This document shows, piece after piece, positions 1-8,916 of a stretch of DNA of 64,000 nt. The stretch's first letter is position 1. Each line of letters opens with the position of its first letter. The DNA lies in the NCBI GenBank assembly GCA_963667465.2, contig CAXXDN010000001.1, forward strand, positions 997,921 through 1,061,920, read 5' to 3'. The translations under genes and the position numbers were made by a program. The notes beneath the pieces were generated by a model. It saw nothing but the letters and a program-made list of their open reading frames with translations, searched no databases and was not told the origin of the DNA. This stretch comes from Dehalococcoidia bacterium (GTDB taxonomy: Bacteria > Chloroflexota > Dehalococcoidia > UBA2979).

Positions 1-1221
1 CTTGGTGGCGATCTGCCGTTCACCCGCGCGACCCTGCAACTGCTCCATCGGGTCGGTGATGAAGACCGTGCGCATGCGGCCGGTGCCCATGTTGCCGCCG
101 CCCGAGTTGATCGGGTTCGGCCCCTTGAGCGAGATGTCGCCGGCGTAGAAGTCGTGCGCCTCGCCGCGCTTTACCCCGCGCCAGCCGAAGGCCTCGAGGA
201 AGTACTGCGTGAACACCGCGAAGCCGTCGTAGGGCGCGAACACGTCGATGTCGTCGGGCCGCAGGCCGGAGCCGGCGTAGGAGCGCCGCGCCTGGGTGTC
301 CGTCCACTCCTCGGTGTCGTCGAGGGTCTGCGTGAGGCTGCGCGGGGTGAACGCGGTCTCCGTGTGGTCGAGGATGTAGACCGGCTGCTGCTTCATATCC
401 TTCGCGCGCTCGGCGGTGGTGATCACGTAGCAGGCGCCGGCCTGCACCGGACGGTCACAGTCGAAGATGCTGAGATTCTGCGCAATCCAGCGCCCGTTGA
501 GGTAGTCCTCCTCGGTGTACGGCCCGGGCTCGTGCTGGGCGTAGTAGCTGTAAGGCCAGAGCAGGCCGTTGGCGTGCTCCTGGACGATGAACGGAGCCAT
601 GCGGTCGTGGTTCGTCCCGTACTTGCGGGCGTACTGCTCGAAGACGTAGCCATGCACGGACTGACCCCAGCCGTACGGGAAGTTCCATTGCGCCGGTCCG
701 GGCGCCTCGAGGGCCGGGTTCTGGTGGTAGCGGCCCTCGATGTTCCCGTTCGGGTAGGGCACGAGGCAGACCTCGCAGCGCCCGTCGCCGACGACCTGGG
801 CGGCGAGGCCGATCAGGTTCCAGAGGGTCGCGCCGTGCGAGTTCAGGTACTTCACGTTCGGGAGGTTCATCGTCTTGCGCAGCCACTCGGCTGTCACGTA
901 GGTGAGCCCGTCCTCGGAGTCGTACGGCGGGTCGAAGTAGGGCCGCGTCGGGCCCCACTGCCCGCCGAGGCTCGCGTGGTTGGGCTGCCCACCGGCCGAG
1001 GTGACGATGCCGTCGACCTCGTCGGGCGAGATGCCGGCGTCATCCATCGCGGCGCGGGCGGCCTCGATGACGTAGGCGCCGAGCGACTTGTCGAGGCTCA
1101 CGCCGTCCCAGCGGCGGTCGGTGTTCTTCGAGTGGCCGCGGCCGGCGAGCGCGACCTTGCCGCGGTGCTCCCAGATACCGACGGGGTCCTCGTTGCGCTC
1201 CCAGTGAATCGCGCGTGTCAT
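1..1221 (-). CDS. Thiolase-fold protein (SCP2/Ltp2-like), paralog 2; C-terminus runs off the window
   Basis: Not in ORF track. ATG at 1221 reads MTRAIHWERNEDPVGIWEHRGKVALAGRGH..., collinear and highly similar to 1434..2729 (YDGFAVF, NSGGGNMGTGRMRT). Confidence 0.85.
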   Translation of the reverse strand, partial: MTRAIHWERNEDPVGIWEHRGKVALAGRGHSKNTDRRWDGVSLDKSLGAYVIEAARAAMDDAGISPDEVDGIVTSAGGQPNHASLGGQWGPTRPYFDPPYDSEDGLTYVTAEWLRKTMNLPNVKYLNSHGATLWNLIGLAAQVVGDGRCEVCLVPYPNGNIEGRYHQNPALEAPGPAQWNFPYGWGQSVHGYVFEQYARKYGTNHDRMAPFIVQEHANGLLWPYSYYAQHEPGPYTEEDYLNGRWIAQNLSIFDCDRPVQAGACYVITTAERAKDMKQQPVYILDHTETAFTPRSLTQTLDDTEEWTDTQARRSYAGSGLRPDDIDVFAPYDGFAVFTQYFLEAFGWRGVKRGEAHDFYAGDISLKGPNPINSGGGNMGTGRMRTVFITDPMEQLQGRAGERQIATK

Positions 1222-1275
1222 GGTGTGCGCCTCCCTGCCCGTGGCCCCGGCGGTGTGATCCGCGCCACGAGGGCG

Positions 1276-1326
1276 TCAGCTCTCCTCGACGGCCACCCGC
1301 TCCGGGATCAGTCGATCCGGCGAAAC
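1276..1326 (-). pseudogene. 3' relic of a DUF35/OB-fold gene
   Basis: Encodes VSPDRLIPERVAVEES* versus VSDDQKIPEWRVVEES* at the end of 2790..3206. A 19-nt exact match joins 1273-1291 and 2787-2805. Confidence 0.7.
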
Positions 1327-1433
1327 CCCGGCGGCACTGCCGGAGGGCTGATGCTCATGCACGCCGCATTTTGCCACGATCCGCCGGGCCGCAACGAGTG
1401 CGGCCCGGATCGCAGCCGGTGAGCCCCCGCTTG

Positions 1434-2729
1434 CTAGTCGGGGACCGTGCTGAAGGCCAGCGCTCCGGCGTTGATCGGCAGCACGCCGATCGTGACTGCG
1501 GTCTCGGCCTTGATCGCCACCTGGCGCTCGCCCGCACGACCCTGCAGTTGCTCCATCGGGTCGGTGATGAAGACGGTGCGCATGCGGCCGGTGCCCATGT
1601 TGCCGCCGCCCGAGTTGAGCGGGTTCGGCCCCTTGAGCGAGATGTCGTCCGCGTAGAAGTCGTGCGCGTCGCCACGCTTGACGCCCCGCCAGCCGAAGGC
1701 CTCGAGGAAGTACTGCGTGAACACCGCGAAGCCGTCGTACGGCGCGAAGACGTCGATGTCCTCGGGCCGCAGTCCGGACCCCGCGTACGAGCGCTGCGCC
1801 TGGATGTCCGTCCACTCCTCGGTGTCGTCGAGGGTCTGGACCAGGCTACGCGGGGCGAACGCGCTCTCCGTGTGGTCCAGGACGTAGACCGGCTTCTGCT
1901 TCATGTCCTTCGCGCGCTCGGCGGTGGTGACTATGTAGGCGGCGCCCGCCTGCACCGGACGGTCACAGTCGAAGATGCTGAGGTTCTGCGCGATCCAGCG
2001 GCCGTTGAGGTAGTCCTCCTCGGTGAACGGCCCCGGCTCGTGCTGTGCGTAGTAGCTGTAGGGCCAGAGCCGGCCGTTGGCGTGCTCCTGCACCACGAAC
2101 GGCGCCATGCGGTCGTGGTTGGTCCCGTACTTGCGGGCGTACTGCTCGAAGATGTAGCCCTGCAGGGACAGTCCCCAACCGTACGGGGAGGTCCACTGGG
2201 TCCGTCCCGGCGCGTCGAGGCTCGGGTTCTGGTGGTAGCGGCCCTCGATGTTCCCGTTCGGGTAGGTGACGAGGCAGACCTCGCAGCGTCCGTCGCCGAC
2301 GACCTGGGCGGCGAGCCCGATCATGTTCCAGAGCGTCTCGCCGTGTGAGTTCACGTAGGTGGCGTTCTGGAGGCCCATCTGCCTCCGCACCCACTCGGCC
2401 GTCACGTAGGTGAGCCCGTCCTCGGAGTCGTACGGCGGGTCAAAGAAGTCCCGCAGCGGCCCCCACTGCGAGCCAAGGCTGATGTGCCAGGCCTGACCGC
2501 CCCCCGAGGAGACTATGCCGTCGACCTCGTCGGGGCTGATGCCCGCGTCGTCGATCGCGGCGCGGGCGGCCTCGACGACCTTCGCGCCCAGCGTCTTGTC
2601 CATGCTGACGCCGTCCCAGCGGCGGTCGGTTTGCGCCGAGTGACCCCGGCCGACGAGAGCGACCTTGCCGCGGTGCTCCCAGATGCTGACCGGATCCTCG
2701 TTGCGCTCCCAGTGAATCTCGTTTGCCAT
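1434..2729 (-). CDS. Thiolase-fold protein (SCP2/Ltp2-like), paralog 1
   Basis: AIDDAGISPDEVDGI, DCDRPVQAGAAYIVTTAERA, YDGF, PLNSGGG motifs. ATG at 2729 chosen by comparison with the paralog. Confidence 0.85.
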   Translation of the reverse strand: MANEIHWERNEDPVSIWEHRGKVALVGRGHSAQTDRRWDGVSMDKTLGAKVVEAARAAIDDAGISPDEVDGIVSSGGGQAWHISLGSQWGPLRDFFDPPYDSEDGLTYVTAEWVRRQMGLQNATYVNSHGETLWNMIGLAAQVVGDGRCEVCLVTYPNGNIEGRYHQNPSLDAPGRTQWTSPYGWGLSLQGYIFEQYARKYGTNHDRMAPFVVQEHANGRLWPYSYYAQHEPGPFTEEDYLNGRWIAQNLSIFDCDRPVQAGAAYIVTTAERAKDMKQKPVYVLDHTESAFAPRSLVQTLDDTEEWTDIQAQRSYAGSGLRPEDIDVFAPYDGFAVFTQYFLEAFGWRGVKRGDAHDFYADDISLKGPNPLNSGGGNMGTGRMRTVFITDPMEQLQGRAGERQVAIKAETAVTIGVLPINAGALAFSTVPD

Positions 2730-2789
2730 GAGTCGTGCCCTTCCCCAGGTCCCAGGTCTCAAGCCGAGTCGGTCGTCGCCGCGTGAGCG

Positions 2790-3206
2790 TCAGCTCTCCT
2801 CGACGACCCGCCACTCCGGGATCTTTTGATCGTCGGACACCGCGATGAAGTAGACCTCCACCTCCGCTCCGACGGGCACCTCGTTCACGGGCACGCCGGG
2901 AAGGTTCGAGAAGAAGTTGATCTTCGGGTCTTCCTCGAGCGAGATCACAGCGTTGTTGAAGGGCTGCTCCTCGTGCCAGGCCATGATCCGCGAGTCGTAG
3001 GTGACGGAGTAGCCGTTGATGACGCCGCGGCCGCTGGTCTCCATCCAGTCGAGGTGGAGGTGCCAGCCGCACTCGCGGCACTCCGCCTCCGGCGGGAACT
3101 GCTTGCGGTCGCACATCGTGCAAACCTGGATGACCAGCCGCTCCTCGTTACAGGCGTCCCAGAACGGCTTGCTCAAGGCGTCGGCGATCGGAATCGGTCG
3201 TGGCAT
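2790..3206 (-). CDS. DUF35 Zn-ribbon/OB-fold protein (ChsH2-C-like thiolase partner)
   Basis: PFWDAC, CxxC...PP...CxxC, SGRGVI..YSV motifs, directly upstream of a thiolase. Confidence 0.9.
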   Translation of the reverse strand: MPRPIPIADALSKPFWDACNEERLVIQVCTMCDRKQFPPEAECRECGWHLHLDWMETSGRGVINGYSVTYDSRIMAWHEEQPFNNAVISLEEDPKINFFSNLPGVPVNEVPVGAEVEVYFIAVSDDQKIPEWRVVEES

Positions 3207-3311
3207 ACGGGCCTCCCTGGTTCGCGTGTCGCGCTATCGCTACCGCGTATCGCGTATTGCGTATTGCGGCGCGAGGGTAACGCAGCACCGCAACCCGACG
3301 CTACACGCCGG

Positions 3312-3869
3312 CTACTCGCTGTACTCGCTCAAGTGGACGATCCGCGCCTCGTGACCGTCGCCGTCTGCCTCGAGGATGGCGACGGTGCCGAGCTGGCGAC
3401 GCTGCCACGGCAGCATCGTGCTGCCGGGATTGACGAACAGGATGCCCTGGTGCCGCTCCACCATCGGGACGTGCGTGTCGCCGAAGACCACCGCCTCGAC
3501 GCGCTCGCCGAAGAACCGCTCGAGGTAGTCGCCGAGCGGCTCATCCGCGCCGACCTGGCGCTCGATGATGCCCGGCACCACCTCGAAGCCGTGGCCGATG
3601 ATGATCAGTTCGTGCACCAGCCCGAGCGGACGTCCGCCGATGTCGAGCACGCGCTTGTAGCCCACGCGCGGGTCGCCGACGCAGGGCGCCGGCGGCACCT
3701 CCACCGCGATCACCGGGGCGATCCGCTCCAGCCAGTCCAGGCACTCCGAGGTGTAGACGTCGCCGGCGTGCAGGATCAGGTCGACGCCCTCGAAGGCGCG
3801 TGCGACCTCGATCGGCGGGTGCTTGCCCATGGCCGGTGAGTGCGTGTCCGAGATCAGGCCTGCTCGCAC
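3312..3869 (-). CDS. Metallophosphoesterase (YfcE/MJ0936-like)
   Basis: ISDTH, LHAGD, FGDTHVP, NPGS motifs. GTG at 3869 follows an AGGAG RBS. Confidence 0.85.
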   Translation of the reverse strand: MRAGLISDTHSPAMGKHPPIEVARAFEGVDLILHAGDVYTSECLDWLERIAPVIAVEVPPAPCVGDPRVGYKRVLDIGGRPLGLVHELIIIGHGFEVVPGIIERQVGADEPLGDYLERFFGERVEAVVFGDTHVPMVERHQGILFVNPGSTMLPWQRRQLGTVAILEADGDGHEARIVHLSEYSE

Positions 3870-4053
3870 GGTGGCTCCTGTCGTTGCTGTACCCGCGCCC
3901 GCCGCCAGTGTGCCGGACCGCATCCCGACGCGCATCGGCTCCCGCAGGGCTGCGCGTAGAGGGTTGGGCGGGGAAGATTCGTGGGGCGACGGCCGGAAGG
4001 CGGCCGTCCCGGCTCCGGGCACGCCGCACTGACAGACGACGAGGACGAGACGG

Positions 4054-7000
4054 ATGAACGCAAGCCTCAAGTCAGTGATCGTCATCCTGGCCGCCGCGCT
4101 GCTGTCGGTTGCGCTGCTGGGCTGCACGTCCGAGCCCTCGCCCGAGCCGACTCCGGAACCCACGGCCGCGCCCTCGCCGGCGACGCCGACGCCGACCCCA
4201 ACTCCAACGGCCACTCCTACCGCGACGCCGACGCCCACGCCAAGCGCGACGCCGACGGCCACGCCAAGCCCGACGCCGACGGCCGCCCCCACCGCGACGC
4301 CTACGCCGGTGGTGTTCGAGCCCGGCGAGCCGCTGCCGCTCGATCCGGCGGTGGTCAGCGGCACGCTCGGTAACGGTCTGACCTACTACGTCAGGCACAA
4401 CGAGGAGCCGCGCGAGCGGCTGCAACTATCCCTCGCCGTCAAAGCCGGCTCCGTCCTCGAGGACGAGGAGCAGCGCGGACTGGCCCACTTCGTGGAGCAC
4501 ATGGCGTTCAACGGCACGGAGCGCTTCGCGAAGCAGGAGATCGTCGACTACCTCGAGTCGATCGGTGGCTCCTTCGGCCCCGACCTGAACGCCTCGACCG
4601 GCTTCGACTCCACGATCTACTTCCTCGAGGTTCCGACCGACGATCCCGAGATTCTCGAGAACGCGTTCCGGATCCTCAGTGACTGGGCCTACGCCATCTC
4701 GTTCGAGCCCGAGGAGGTCGAGCTGGAACGCGGCGTGGTGCTGGAGGAGTGGCGCCTCTCGCAGGGGTTCTCCTCCCGCTTCCAGAACAACCTGATTCCG
4801 CTGCTCTTCGGCTCCTCGCGCTACGCGGAGCGGGCGCCGATCGGCCTGACCGAGGTCATCGAGGCGGCGTCTGCGGAGCAACTGCGGGCCTACTACGAGC
4901 GCTGGTACCGCCCCGACCTGATGGCCGTCGTGGCCGTCGGTGACGTCGATCCCGGCCTGATCGAGGCCAAGATTCGGCAGTACTTCGCGCCGCCTCCCGA
5001 GGGCGAGGCGACCCAGCCTCGGGCTGCCGTCGCCGCGCCCACCACGCTGCCGAGCTACAGCGTGCCCGACAACGCCGAGCCAATCGTCGACGTCTTCACG
5101 GACCCCGAGGCGCCCGGTACCCAGGTGACCCTGGTTCGCAAGGTTGCTCCGGACACCGGGCAGGATGTCGAGGTATTCCAGCGCTTCGCCGTCCAGGAAC
5201 TCGCCTTCATGATGCTGAACGCGCGGCTCTTCGAACGGGGCCAGACCCCCGATCCCCCGTACCTCTGGTCCGGGACGGGGCGCTCCTCGTTCGTCCAGCC
5301 CCTCGACATCCTGACCTTCACGATCGTCGTCGAGCCGACCGGGACCGAGCGTGGATTCGAGGCGCTGCTCGAAGAGCTCCAGCGTGCTGCCCGGCATGGG
5401 TTCACCGGCAGCGAGCTGGATCGCGAGAAGGCCAACCTGCTCAGCTCCGTGGAGAGCGCCTACAAGCAACGCGATCAGCAGCCCTCGGCGCGACTGGCCG
5501 CTGAGTACCGGGATCACTTCCTTTCGGGCTCGCCGGTTCCCGGCATCGAGGTCGAGTGGGAGCTGTTCCAGTCCGTGCTCCCGCAGATCTCGCTGACGGA
5601 AGTCGATGCCGTGGCGGCGTCGTGGACGGCGTCCGGGAACACCGTGCTCCTCGTCCTCGGTCCCGAGGCGATCGACCCAACCGGCGGCGCTGCCCTGGCC
5701 GCGGTGTTGCAGGCCCAGCTCGATGGCGCCGGCGAACTGGCGGTGGAGGCGTACGCGGACACCGTCGGCGAAGCCCCGCTGCTCGCGACCATCCCGGCTT
5801 CGGGGAGCATCGTCGAGGAGGCGGAGCTCGAGGCGATCGATGCCGTGCGCTGGACACTGTCCAACGGCGTCACGGTGATCGCGAAGCAGACCGACTTCCG
5901 GGACGACGAGGTGCTCTTCACTTCCTTCAGTCCGGGAGGACACTCGCTCGTTGACGACGCCGACCACGTCTCGGCCGTCCACGCCGCCGCGATCGCGTCC
6001 GGCAGCGGCGTTGGCGAGCACGACAGCGTCGCCCTCGACAAGCTGCTCGCCGGTACACGCGTCTCGGTGTCGCCCTTCATCAACGGGCTGTTCGAGGGCC
6101 TGGGCGGCAGCGCCTCCCCCGAGGACCTCGAGACGATGTTCCAGCTCGTCTGGCTCTACGCGACCGCGCCACGGCTCGATCCGACCTACTTCGCGACCTA
6201 CGAGGCGAGCCTGCGCACCTCCGCGGAGACCAGCCCCACCCAGCCCGACGCGGTGCTGTACGACCGTGTGAACACCCTGCTGGCCCAGAAGCACCTCCGG
6301 CGCCGGCCGCTCAGCCTCGAGCTGGTCGAGGAACTCAGCCTCGAGCGCGCGGAGGCGGTGTACGCCGAGCGCTTCGCCGACCTCGGCGACGCGACGTTCG
6401 TGTTCGTGGGCGCCTTCGACTGGGATGAGCTGCGATCGCTGACAGCCACCTACCTCGCCAGTCTCCCGTCCGGCGGGCGCAGCGAGGACTGGCGTGACGT
6501 GGGCATCGACCCGCCGCAGGGCGTGGTGGACGAAGTCGTCCGCAGCGGGATCGAGCCGCGGAGCAATACGATCTGGGTCTTCGCCGGCGAGGCGGAGTGG
6601 GCCGAGGGCGAGACGCTTGCGCTTGATGTGGCCGGCGAGATGCTCGGAACCCGCCTGCGCGAGCGGGTGCGGGAACAGCTCGGCGGCACCTACGCCATCT
6701 CCGTCAGCGCCGGCGCCAGCCTGATCCCGGACTCCGAGTATCAGGTCGCCATCATCTTCGGTAGTGACCCGGCCCGCGTCGACGAACTCCTCGGCGAGAT
6801 CGCGGTCGAACTCGATTGGCTGCGCGCGGGCGGCGAGCAGGAGTACCTGGACTCGGTCAAGCAGCAGCTCCGCAGCTCTCGTGAGGAACGCCTGCGCGAG
6901 AACAGCTTCTGGCTCGGCCAGATCCGAAGTGCGGCGCAGCAAGGCCGGCCGCTCGATGACGTCAACCGCTTCGATGCACGGCTGGACGCGCTGACGCTGG

Positions 7001-7080
7001 AGGACATCGCGGCCGTGGCCGGCCGCTCCCTGCCCGAGGACCGCTACGTGCGCGTCGCCCTGTTCCCCGAGGAGAACTAG
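4054..7080 (+). CDS. M16 (insulinase/PqqL-like) zinc peptidase, lipoprotein
   Basis: Lipobox LLGC, Pro/Thr linker, GLAHFVEHMAFNGT (HxxEH), ERGVVLEE, second module LSNGVTV. Confidence 0.92.
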   Translation: MNASLKSVIVILAAALLSVALLGCTSEPSPEPTPEPTAAPSPATPTPTPTPTATPTATPTPTPSATPTATPSPTPTAAPTATPTPVVFEPGEPLPLDPAVVSGTLGNGLTYYVRHNEEPRERLQLSLAVKAGSVLEDEEQRGLAHFVEHMAFNGTERFAKQEIVDYLESIGGSFGPDLNASTGFDSTIYFLEVPTDDPEILENAFRILSDWAYAISFEPEEVELERGVVLEEWRLSQGFSSRFQNNLIPLLFGSSRYAERAPIGLTEVIEAASAEQLRAYYERWYRPDLMAVVAVGDVDPGLIEAKIRQYFAPPPEGEATQPRAAVAAPTTLPSYSVPDNAEPIVDVFTDPEAPGTQVTLVRKVAPDTGQDVEVFQRFAVQELAFMMLNARLFERGQTPDPPYLWSGTGRSSFVQPLDILTFTIVVEPTGTERGFEALLEELQRAARHGFTGSELDREKANLLSSVESAYKQRDQQPSARLAAEYRDHFLSGSPVPGIEVEWELFQSVLPQISLTEVDAVAASWTASGNTVLLVLGPEAIDPTGGAALAAVLQAQLDGAGELAVEAYADTVGEAPLLATIPASGSIVEEAELEAIDAVRWTLSNGVTVIAKQTDFRDDEVLFTSFSPGGHSLVDDADHVSAVHAAAIASGSGVGEHDSVALDKLLAGTRVSVSPFINGLFEGLGGSASPEDLETMFQLVWLYATAPRLDPTYFATYEASLRTSAETSPTQPDAVLYDRVNTLLAQKHLRRRPLSLELVEELSLERAEAVYAERFADLGDATFVFVGAFDWDELRSLTATYLASLPSGGRSEDWRDVGIDPPQGVVDEVVRSGIEPRSNTIWVFAGEAEWAEGETLALDVAGEMLGTRLRERVREQLGGTYAISVSAGASLIPDSEYQVAIIFGSDPARVDELLGEIAVELDWLRAGGEQEYLDSVKQQLRSSREERLRENSFWLGQIRSAAQQGRPLDDVNRFDARLDALTLEDIAAVAGRSLPEDRYVRVALFPEEN
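4130..4308 (+). repeat. Low-complexity Pro-Thr linker repeats within the M16 peptidase
   Basis: (PT/ATPT)n coding repeats such as acgccg. Confidence 0.7.
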
Positions 7081-7132
7081 TCGCCGGGATTCAGATCTCG
7101 TCTGGCCGGGGTCAGCACGTGGCCTGTCCGCT

Positions 7133-7417
7133 TTCGACCCGACCGACGCGGAACACGGCTTCATCCACTCGGCCTGGAAGCGCGACGGAGCAGGTGAAGC
7201 GCACGGCGGCGATCTGCCCAATATCTACGCAGCCGCTGACGGATCCGCCCGCGCCGACTTCTTCACCGTTGGGATCACGCTGGACGCGGGGCCGCAACAT
7301 TCCGTATTCGACTCTGACGGCTCCGCCAGCATCGTGCACGAACGGCCGGACTCCTATGGACAGTACGAGTCGGACACCGGCGCGCGCGTAGCCTGCGGCG
7401 TCAGCAGGCGCTCATAG
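7133..7417 (+). pseudogene. sodC: 5'-truncated Cu/Zn superoxide dismutase family relic
   Basis: Manual translation FDPTDAEHG...HGGDLPNIYAAADGSARADF...FDSDGSASIVHERPDSY...GARVACGV*. No start codon or N-terminal HxH region between this and the M16 stop. Confidence 0.8.
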
Positions 7418-7511
7418 ACTTCGCTGCGCCTCCGGGCAGAGACACTTGCCACATCGCGGCCGGAGGCGAGCCGCCGGTCGGCCGTGTCAACAACGTCCCG
7501 GGACACGACAG

Positions 7512-8450
7512 CTAGCCGACCGGGGGTAGCCCTTCGAGGCGTCGCACGTCGTTGAGGGTCTCCATGACGCGCTGCCGGAACGGCGCGTACTGGACCTCGA
7601 ACTCCTCGACAAGGCGCGAGTTGTCCATCAGGAAGAGACTCGAGAGCTCGTATCCGCCTTCGTCCTCCCCGAACGTGATCTCGGCAGCGGGCAGAAACTC
7701 GCGCACGAGGTCGGCGAGCTCGCCGAGGTTCATCGAGTTCCCGCCCGAGTTGTAGATCGAGTGGGCCGTCTCCTCGGCAAGCGTGACGCGCAGGAGCACC
7801 TCGGCGATGTCCTCGACGTGGAGGGGCAGCGTCATCATGTCGCGGTAGGGGAAATGGATGGGCTCGTTGCGGGCGGGGAGCACCTGGCACTGCACGTGGT
7901 TCAGCGAGCCGCGGACCTTGTCGGGCCCGGTGATGTTCGCTGGGCGCACGCCGGTGATCGCCATGTCGTAGGCGCGGTTGTACCAGTCCGCCTGGTGCTC
8001 GTTGAAGATCTTGGAGACCGCGTAGAGGCTCGTGCCGAGCCGGGCTTCCTCCTCCGTCACCAGGTGCTCGCCGTGCAGCCGCTGCGGACCGTAGACGGCG
8101 AGCGAGCTCGCGTAGACCACCCGGCGAATCCCGAGAATGCGAGCCGCCTCGAAGCAGTTGTCCATCCCGAGGACGTTGAGCCGCACCTGCGGGTGCGGGT
8201 CGTCCTCGGTCTGGCCCAGGGTGTAGGCGAGGTTGAGCACGCGGTCGGGCTTGCTCGATACGAGCGCCTCGATCACGTCGTCCATGAGGGTGATGTCGCC
8301 GTGCGTGATCCGGACCCGGTCGCGAAGCGGGTCGAGCGCCGGCGCGTTCGGCGAGATGTCCATGCAATGGACCTCGTGCCCGTGCTCGACCAGCTTGCGC
8401 AGCACCCGCGTCCCGATGAAGCCGCTCCCGCCAAGTACCGCAACGCGCAT
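7512..8450 (-). CDS. NAD-dependent epimerase/dehydratase (extended SDR)
   Basis: GGSGFIG, YASSLAVYG, YxxxK (YAVSK). Confidence 0.9.
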   Translation of the reverse strand: MRVAVLGGSGFIGTRVLRKLVEHGHEVHCMDISPNAPALDPLRDRVRITHGDITLMDDVIEALVSSKPDRVLNLAYTLGQTEDDPHPQVRLNVLGMDNCFEAARILGIRRVVYASSLAVYGPQRLHGEHLVTEEEARLGTSLYAVSKIFNEHQADWYNRAYDMAITGVRPANITGPDKVRGSLNHVQCQVLPARNEPIHFPYRDMMTLPLHVEDIAEVLLRVTLAEETAHSIYNSGGNSMNLGELADLVREFLPAAEITFGEDEGGYELSSLFLMDNSRLVEEFEVQYAPFRQRVMETLNDVRRLEGLPPVG

Positions 8451-8518
8451 CCCGCACCAACCTTCCCTCGCCCCGCGCCAATGTAGCGTGAGCGGAGCGA
8501 TCTATCGATTCGACGCGA

Positions 8519-8686
8519 GTGGCGGCGGGGGTCGCGCTCGCGGTCGCGCTCGCCGAGGGTCGGCCGCTGGAGCGCGCGGTCCGCTTCGCCGCCGCCGCCG
8601 GCGCGCTCGTCGTTACGAGGCGTGGAGCGCAGGACGCGATGCCCGAGCGCAACGAGGTGGAGCTGCTGCTCGCTTCACAGCAGTGA
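8519..8686 (+). pseudogene. C-terminal relic of a ribokinase/PfkB kinase
   Basis: ALAVALAEGRPLERAVRFAAAAGALVVTRRGAQDAMPERNEVELLL matches the PfkB C-terminal helices. In-frame TGA at 8489 lies upstream and the GAGD motif is absent. Confidence 0.75.
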
Positions 8687-8916
8687 CGGGTGCGCCGGGT
8701 CGGACGCCCTCGGTCCTCGCACGCCGGACCTCTTCGCGCTGCTCGACGAGTTCGGCATTCTCGGGATGGCTTGCCACGCTCCAGGCCTGCGTGGATTTCC
8801 GCCTTCTGTTGGAGCAGCTCACGGCCGTCGCCGCGGGGCTGGCGCCTGCCTCGGGTTACAGCCAGTGACGCAGGCGCTCGTGCGCTAGCGGCTGAGCCGC
8901 GCGCGGTCGGCGGCGC

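Noticed and set aside
3244-3268. Short 7-nt tandem repeat (cgcgtat/tgcgtat) upstream of the DUF35 gene
   Set aside because: Only about 3.5 degenerate units with no spacers. Not CRISPR and too weak to call regulatory.
4130-4308. Repetitive DNA here and at about 41965-42105
   Set aside because: Explained by Pro/Thr/Ala linkers of lipoproteins.
8690-8890. Coding-like intergenic sequence (PDLFALLDEFG... / FRLLLEQL...)
   Set aside because: Possibly another relic, but no family is recognisable by eye.
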